A stretch of 64,000 bases of DNA from Paraspadella gotoi (taxonomy: Eukaryota; Animalia; Chaetognatha). This document shows, piece by piece, positions 53,188 to 64,000 of the stretch; within the stretch, counting starts at the first letter, position 1; each line of letters opens with the position of its first letter. Where the stretch lies: contig CM119265.1 of NCBI GenBank assembly GCA_051294375.1, positions 4,583,124 through 4,647,123 on the forward strand, read 5' to 3'. The position numbers were made by a program, and so were the translations under genes. A model generated the notes under the pieces. The model saw only the letters and a list, made by a program, of their open reading frames with translations, did not search any database and was not told the origin of the DNA.

Positions 53188-54702
53188 TTCAATGCCCGCC
53201 CCTCCTCCTCGAACCTTTCCCTGCTTGGCTCACGGGCCCTCGTCGTCGTCGACGTTCATCAGTCGTCGTCATCGTCGTCGTCGCCCCCGTTATTAACTTG
53301 TAAATGCCGCGCCATCCAAATGAAAATTTCTTCTTTTCTTTACGCTCTTTCTTTTCTTTTTCCCCTTCGTTTTCTTCGTTATTTTTCTTTCATCTTCACC
53401 GCCTTTCCTTTTTAATTTCCTTCGTTTCAAAAACAAATTCGGATCATTTATTTTTCGCTCCGTTTTTTTTCCACGCGTTTTTCATCGTTACGACCTTTTT
53501 ATCTTTTTTTATTTTTTTTTAAATCGTCGACTAATTTTATTGTTTGTTTTATTGTTTAGTCTCATTTCACGGTTCTCTTCTCTTCTCTTCTCTTCTCTTC
53601 TCTTCTCTTCGCTTATCTTCTCTTCTCTTCTCTTCTCTTCGCTGGAGGTTCCTGTGCGGAGATGCTTCTTTGGCCAGACGCAGTTTTTGGACACAAATCC
53701 CCTCATAAGCCTTAAACTGCTTCACGTTATTTGACCTCATCTTCTTTTTCCTTTTTTTCAATTTTTCGCTTTCTTTATTTTAGTCAGTCCATCTCTGTTA
53801 TTCTCCCCATTTTTCCCTTCAATACTATATCTAAAATATCTAAAAAGTTGTTAAAGTTTAATTAAAATTCTGATTTTTTTTTAATTTGTAAATCAAAATT
53901 TCTCCATTCCTTTCCTCCTTCCTTGTAATTCTTTAATATCATATTTTTTTAAAAATTAGTTTCTAATATTTCCCCTTTTCCCTCTTCCTTACTTCGCTAT
54001 ATCCTTCCACCTCCCTTCCACCCTTTCTTTCCATCTCCTCAATCTCCCTCTTCCACACCCCTCGCCTCCCATTACCTTCATTTTTCCGAATCGCCGACCG
54101 CAACAGTTGATTCGAAGATTCTTCTTCTTCCACCTGCCCGCTGCTGCGCTTCGGCCGCAGCATTCCGCAGCGTGGTTCAGCACTCAGCCGCGGCGTCGAG
54201 AGAGGGCCGGACTTTCAATCTGATTTAATTTCTTCCCCCTTTATTGATTGGCTCATTTCACGATGTTGATGAGTTGCTTGGACAAGAACTTTTTTTTCTT
54301 TCTAATAATTAATCTGTAATTTAAGATTTTTATTTACAGTATCTAATTAGCGTTAAAATTTATTTGTTCATTGCTTTTTTAGGAAAGTATAAATCAACAT
54401 TGAATTTAAAATAATCTTTATCATAGTAAAAAAAATTTAAGCATGTAAAGATAAATAATATGATTTTAAAGTATATATATACGTATATACGTAGGCGTAA
54501 TGACTCAAAAAGAAATCAATCAACATATACTTACTATTTAGTTTTTAATTAGCCAAAAATGTCAAAAATGACATTTTCTCTTTTCAAATTTAATTTTCAA
54601 TCAAATCACGTCTTTCCTTTGTTCCGTTGGATTTGAGAAAAATTAGATTTAATATTTATATCGAATTGCCGAACTGATTTTTTTGTTGACAAGCGTGACG
54701 GT

Positions 54703-54738
<36 letters not shown>

Positions 54739-55217
54739 GTCCTCTTCCCCCAATTATGATAATCGCTATCGATTGATTCATTTGCTCTCGTTTTTTTTCC
54801 TTTCTTCATTTCCTTTCCTTTCCTTTCTTCCTTTCCTTTCTTTTCCTTTATTCTTTCCTCCTATCCTCCCATCCTTCTTTTTTAGCAATGTCCCCCCCAC
54901 CATTTCTAGACCAAGCGTTGATTATCCCTCCCCTCGCCGTTTTTTTCCCCACGGAATAACCGAACCCTCACCCACCCGACTCCACCGTCCATCCCCAATC
55001 CCCTCGCGGCTCACGGCGGATATGGGCTTCTCTCTCTCTCATGGTGCGAATCTCGCTTGATGTTTCGATCCGAAACGGAATCTGTCACGTGATCGCCGCC
55101 TCATTCATTTCGTCTGCTAATATCGCGTCTTAGATCTTTCGTCTCATTCCGTATGCGCGTCGCTTTGTAACTCATAAAAACGATTTTTTTTTNNNNNNNN
55201 NNNNNNNNNNNNNNNNN

Positions 55218-57477
<2,260 letters not shown>

Positions 57478-60400
57478 TTAAGAAGTCACTTTTAAAGCTA
57501 CAAAATTGGTATACATGTTATCTTATTCAGTTTTTCCAGAGTTTTCATTTGATGTAAATATTACTACCAGTTCTCGAATAGAATTTATTTTAATTGGTCC
57601 TAAAGATGAAAGAAAAAGTTTCAGTTTAAAAATAATAAGCAAGCAAGCGAGAAGACAACTTTCTAAGCCATTTTTCTCACTGTCAAACCTTAAGTGAACC
57701 GAATAATATAATATTTATACCAAAAAAGTATACATCTTGTCTAAAGATATTTCTTTCAAAATGTTAAATCTGTATGCGTTTGTGAATGGTAGCGGTGGGT
57801 TTAAAATTGTCACCATGTAGAATGAGTTAGCATATTCCTTAGTAATACTTTTTTGTTTTCGAATTACTGATTCTTTTTTGGCAAATCCACACCACGACTC
57901 TCCAACAATCACCTTCGCGTTCGTTGTACAATGAACTTAGTACGTTGAACATAATACTCGCGGTCGTCCATGAGGCCACAAGTAACAATTGGCACAAGCT
58001 AATCTAATTTATCGACATCCATCGTCCGATGAGTCTCTCTCATCATCTTCAACAACAAAAAAAATCAATTTTCGTCCCCCACGCCATCAACTTTTCTCAT
58101 CACTCTCATCTCCTTCTCATAAACGTCACAAAACTTTTGTCAATAACTCGCGCCACTTCTGCTGCCCCCCCCCTCTACACCCCTTCCAGTCCTCGTCCTT
58201 TGTCATTCCCGTCCTGCCTTCTCGAAAATCCGTTCCTTTTCCCCGCTTCCTTTCTAATCGATTTTTCGCTCGCGAATTATCAATCATCGCGTCTCCTTTT
58301 TCCGTTCCTCAGTTCGAAAAAAAACCCAGAACGCTCTCCAAATCTCCTCTCTCTCTATATCATCTTCGATCGCAATCACTCTCTCCTCTCTCTCTTCTCC
58401 TAAACACACTATTTCTATTCATTCTCTCTGCCATCTCTCTCTCTCTCTCTCGTCTCACTCTGCGCCGTCGTCCACTGCGTTTATATTTTTCTCCTCCTTT
58501 CCTTGCATAACTTCGACCTTGGCGAACTTCTACAGTGTTAAACTCGCGAGCGAAGAAGCTCCCTCAACGAAGAGAAGCCCCCGCAACGAACCTTAGCATA
58601 CGAAATTCACCATCTCTCTCTCTCTCTCTCTCTCCTCTCTCTTCTCTCTCTCTCTCATCCTCCTCTCTCCTCTCTCTCTTCTCTCTCTCTCTCTGATGGC
58701 TTTTTTCTTCTTTCGTTTCCTGTTTTCATTTAAAAGGTTTTTTTCAACACATCACAGGGGGTGGAAAAATCCTCTCTCTTTTCTCGACTTTATCAACTTT
58801 GTTTTGAAACGATCGATTTTATTTTTCTAAACTTTATTGTCGTCGTTATCAAAGTCAACATAACTCCCTCTCGTCCTCTCGTCGTTTTCCGCTCAAGCTC
58901 TCTCTCTCTCTCTCTCTCTCCTCTCTCTCCTTCGCTCTCATCTCTTCGATCTCTTCTCTCTCTCTCTTCTCTCTCTCGCGATCCTCAAAAAACTCCTTCG
59001 CCCTACCTGACGAGTCAGTTATCTTACAAAAAAAAAATAGAAGGACCTTCCATATTTGGTCCGTTTTCCTCCACATGTCGTTTTCGACCAACTGGTCCCA
59101 GACGCGCCAGGCCGGCGCCGGTTCGCCGCCGCCATCCCGCCAGGCGGCGCACAGCTGTGCGCAGTTGCCGACATCCACCTCCCCACAGACCCTTCTAGAA
59201 ATACACCACCTCCGCCCGCCGCCGCCTTATGATTTTTTCCAATTAACTTTGGCGGAGCGACCCGCGTAATGATTGATTCATCGCGTACATCCTCGAGAAA
59301 GGGGTTTCGAAGACCCCCCGAGATACAAAGGGCGCCCCGATTTTTTCCCATCTGACGTAAGTAAACATCTATTATTATGGCCAATACAGACAAGTATTGA
59401 AAGTATACGATTATATGTAGAAGGTTAGAAATTTTTAAATTTGAGTGCTCACTTAAGCCACTTTGTCAAAATGAATAAATTGACTTCGATATGTTACATT
59501 GTGATCTGATCTAATCATTTCTGCTCATAATCTCTCTCATATCTCTCTTCTTTCATTCTCTCCTTACCACGAGTCTCTCGTCCGCCTCTCTACCTCGTCG
59601 TCTCTCTACCTTCGTCTCGTCCTCTCTCCGTCTTCTAAGAATCTTCTCCTCTCTCCTCTTCTCTCTCACTCTCTCCTCTCTCTCACCCTCTCTTCTTTTC
59701 TAACGTCTTTTTTATCGTTTCTCCGAAGTCCCTTCCCTCTTGAAGCGCTTTACGAAATTTTTGTTTACTAAGATTCCTGCGTATCTTAAGTATTCGAGAC
59801 TTCATGGAATTATTTATGCCTAATAAAAAAAAAATCAATTCACGTTAAATATATCCGGAAATTTCTTATTTAAAAAATACAAGTGCACGCAATTGCGTGC
59901 GAATCCGGTTGCGAAACAGCCAAATGCGTGCGCCTGTAATAAATATCGGACCCCAAATTTTTTGAAGATCTTAATTTACAAACATAAAATGCTCCTTTGC
60001 TCTTGCTTTCTCTCGCCTTCTCCTCTCTCTCTCCTTTCCTCCTCTCCCCTCTCTCTCTCTCTCTCCTCCCTATCTCTCTCCTCCCGTCCACTTCATCTCN
60101 NNNNNNNNNNNNNNNNNNNNNNNNCATTAAAACGCGTTTCGCGCTCGATAGTTAATCCGAGGGAGCGAATTCGAAAACCCTCGGCGCGGCTTATGATTTT
60201 TTTTTCTTTTGGCGGGAGGGGGTTGAGTGCCCGGTCGCCGCGGAAGGATTGTATCGAATTTGAAAATGTAAATTTTTAAAGTACGGCTTTAAGAATTCTT
60301 AAGTTTGAATTTAGAAATTGAGACATTTTGGTTGCCCGAGGCGTGAGGTATCTCCTGACGGCAGGCGCTCAGGGCTTTGGACATGCAGTGAATCATTTTT

Positions 60401-60686
60401 CCCCAGCCGTTTTTCTCTGTAATATGACCCACTCAAACATTTTATTCAAATAATTCTAATGTCGGTTAAAAAAACGATTCTTACTGTGGTGTCGTCTTAT
60501 CTTAATCCTTATCCGAAATCCACCACGACCCGCTAACCTCCCACCTTCCCGCTACCCGCTAACGTCTCATCCACCCACCCACCCACTCTTTCATCGATTC
60601 GCCACTTGGACTTTTTCTGTTTACAAATTCCGAGTCACTGTTAACGCGACGCTGCTTCTCTCTTTCGACGCGAACGGCATTTCTTA

Positions 60687-60749
<63 letters not shown>
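60687..60749 (+). repeat. (GAC)n microsatellite, representative of many GAC/TCG runs
   Basis: About 21 perfect units. Similar runs lie at about 2714-2744, 11952-11986, 14229-14266, 36948-36988 and 51195-51246. Confidence 0.95.
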
Positions 60750-63704
60750 ATGAGAATGATTTTAAAAAAATCGACGGCAAGGACGACAAAGTGATTAAAT
60801 CAAAAAACAATTCTCACTATTACGTCCATTTTGATAATTAATAGAGAAAACTAAGTCAGACATAAGGTTGACAATGATGAAGACGATGATGACGTTAAAG
60901 ATTGACGACGTCGAAGGTGACGATAACGCCGACGACGACGAATCGCTCCTGTTGCGTCTGAATCCTGACCCCTCGCGACCTCCCATCCTAATCATCCCGA
61001 ATCGAGTCCGGGTTAGGGTTTCGCGCTCGCGAACTGAGACGGAGAATGGAGAGGGGAGAGAGAGAGAGAGAGCCGCGTGGGTGTGACTCGCTCTCTCTCT
61101 CTCTTTCTTCCGCGTTGGCGTCGGCCGTTTTAACCCTCCATCTTCCCCCCCCGGATGTGATCTGCTTCAGACGCTCATCAACATGATACAAGCGTCGATC
61201 CGTCGTTTATATGGAGCAAAATCCGAATCGCGATCCGCAGTCGTTCTTTTGGTCGTCGTCTTTTAATCTTCGTCATCATCAGTCGTTTGGGGTCGTCGTC
61301 TTCATCGTCTTTATAGTCATCGAGGTTGTCTTCATCGTGGTTTCGAGATCTTTGTCTACGAATATACTCTTTATGAAAATCTTTGTTGCCATCTCCCTTA
61401 TATCCGAAACTCTCGTGAATTCTCACTTTTTGAATTCTCTCCCTTATTTTCTTTCCCGTCATCGACGTCTGTGTTACGATTCACCTTAACCACGTTGCTT
61501 CTCTTATCCTTGTTCTTTGACTTTCCTTTGTCAGTCTCCGTCGGCCATCTTGTCTCGATCAACGTCGGCCATGTTGTTTTCCTCCTCTGTCATAGTCATT
61601 GAATCAGTCGTAGATCATTCTTTCCTCACTAGGATTGCTTTTTGATCTCGCTCGCTCTCTCTTATTGGCGGCCATCTCTCTCCCTCTCTNNNNNNNNNNN
61701 NNNNNNNNNNNNNNNNNNNNNNNNNNNNNNNNNNNNNNNNNNNNNNNNNNNNNNNNNNNNNNNNNNNNNNNNNNNNNNNNNNNNNNNNNNNNNNNNNNNN
61801 NNNNNNNNNNNNNNNNNNNNNNNNNNNNNNNNNNNNNNNNNNNNNNNNNNNNNNNNNNNNNNNNNNNACATGCAACAGTTTACGCGCCTCAGTTCCTCGG
61901 GATAAATAAAAAGGGACAACGATGAAAGGAGAGAGAGAGAGTGTCTCGCGAGGAAAGAGAGAGAGAGAGAGAGNNNNNNNNNNNNNNNNNNNNNNNNNNN
62001 NNNNNNNNNNNNNNNNNNNNNNNNNNNNNNNNNNNNNNNNNNNNNNNNNNNNNNNNNNNNNNNNNNNNNNNNNNNNNNNNNNNNNNNNNNNNNNNNNNNN
62101 NNNNNNNNNNNNNNNNNNNNNNNNNNNNNNNNNNNNNNNNNNNNNNNNNNNNNNNNNNNNNNNNNNNNNNNNNNNNNNNNNNNNNNNNNNNNNNNNNNNN
62201 NTACTTTTTTACTTTTTTTTCTCCACCGAGATTTTCTAGTTCTCGTTAGGGAGGATTACTTCCTAATTTCACCGCATGACTACAAAAAAAAAAAAGAAAA
62301 CACGAATTCCCAACTTCTCTCAAATAAATATTTCACGAAAATAAAATAAAATATATCAAATGTAAAAGTTAATTTTTCCGACTTTCTCCAGTTTTTCGAA
62401 GATCGATTTTTCTTTCTTTTGCATCACCGATTAAAATTTCAAAATTCATTTTTTTCTTTTTAAATTTGAAATTTTAAAGCGTCGCTTTAGGAGTTGCATA
62501 AGCGATACGCGNNNNNNNNNNNNNNNNNNNNNNNNNNNNNNNNNNNNNNNNNNNNNNNNNNNNNNNNNNNNNNNNNNNNNNNNNNNNNNNNNNNNNNNNN
62601 NNNNNNNNNNNNNNNNNNNNNNNNNNNNNNNNNNNNNNNNNNNNNNNNNNNNNNNNNNNNNNNNNNNNNNNNNNNNNNNNNNNNNNNNNNNNNNNNNNNN
62701 NNNNNNNTTTAATATTTTCAATTTTATCGATGAGAGAAAAAAATTCCGCTAAAAATCGATTTTCGTTTTTGTCCTTCGGGGAAAAAACAAAATGACATCG
62801 CCTTTCGACTGCTTCGCGTCTACGTCGCCCGGACGAAGTCGGTGGAGAAAAAGATCAAAATAATGCGTTTTTTTTTCACGAATATATTTTTTCACTTAAT
62901 GTAATCTAAGGACAAGAAAATAAGGATTAAAACGGCTCTCTTCTTCATACTTCACTTATTTAAAAAAAATACGAGGAATAAATTTGCAAACACACTGACG
63001 GAATACTCTGCAACTCCGCGCGTAAGTACTTTTTCGAAGCTGAAACCAAAAATAGCAAAGAAAATGTGGCAAAGGATTAGAGAGATATCGGCAAAAGACA
63101 GAAGTGAGAGAGAGAGAGAAGGAACGAAAGAGAGATTGTCCCCGTTTTTATACCATTTCCACGTTTTGATTCCATCCATTTATTCCATTCAGTCTAGTCC
63201 ATCGAATCGACTCAACATGTCGTCTCGCCTCACTTTTAACTCTAGTTCAACCCTCACCTCACTATTATTATTATTATTGCTACTCCCTTACATTCTTTTC
63301 CATTTTTTAGTAGTTCCACCTCTTTCTATCTTGCTTGGTCCTTCATTTCTCTATCACTATGTGATTATACAGTCGTTAGTAGATAAGTAACTGATTCTTT
63401 CGGGTCCTTAAAATACCATCTGTGTTCCTCGACTATGCTATATCTACATCACTGACCCTAACTTACTCCTTTTTACACCAAAGAGCCCTTTCAATTCTGC
63501 TGTTTTAACCACTCCAGCTCCAGTGACTTCACAACGACTCCACTCACTTCACATGCTCCCCTTCTTCCCTTTTTCTCTTCCCCCCCAAAAAAAAAGTATC
63601 CGCAGAAGTTATTGGGATTTTTTTTCATAACGAATGATACTTTTTATCCCTCGGCATGGACAGGCTGACGATTTTGGGCGGACCCGACGAAATGATGAAT
63701 GAGG

Positions 63705-63804
<100 letters not shown>

Positions 63805-64000
63805 GGGAGCTAGAAATGAAGAATTCGAGATTTCATCGGTGATATCCAGACGCGGAGGAGGAAAGAGAGAGAGAGAAAGAGAGAGAGAGAGTCAGCGAGA
63901 GAAATAGAGTGAAAGAGCATGAGTGAGAGTGAGAGCCGAAAAGAAAGAAAAGAGGGAGAGACTGCAAGAGGCCGTCGGTGCGACTGTCAATTATCGCGTT

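Overview
Eukaryotic, almost certainly animal (invertebrate-like), draft-genome DNA. It is essentially non-coding: AT-rich stretches alternate with CpG-rich islands, and (GA/CT)n and (GAC/TCG)n microsatellites are very dense. There are 13 N-gaps, five of exactly 25 N. None of the supplied ORFs looks like a real protein; they are translated simple repeats. Supported structure: (i) a ~3.3-kb AT-rich element with ~1-kb terminal inverted repeats (about 3017-6342), whose spacer holds a minimal type-I hammerhead ribozyme motif of the kind associated with Penelope-like elements (4988-5029); (ii) a ~4.64-kb unit present 2.6 times (16154-28320), a 294-bp gap-flanking duplicate and a second inversion (55218-57477), all probably gap-filling artefacts; (iii) a 350-bp dispersed repeat with 26-bp terminal direct repeats and an inverted 118-bp copy 35 kb away; (iv) several minisatellites; (v) recurring transcription-factor-type motifs (ETS-CRE, ETS-SP/KLF, TCACGTGA, RFX X-box, NF-Y, YY1); (vi) a tentative signal-peptide-like first coding exon at 32422-32513. 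I recognised no rRNA, tRNA, CRISPR array or gene. All matching was done by eye, so counts are minima and boundaries are approximate where stated.
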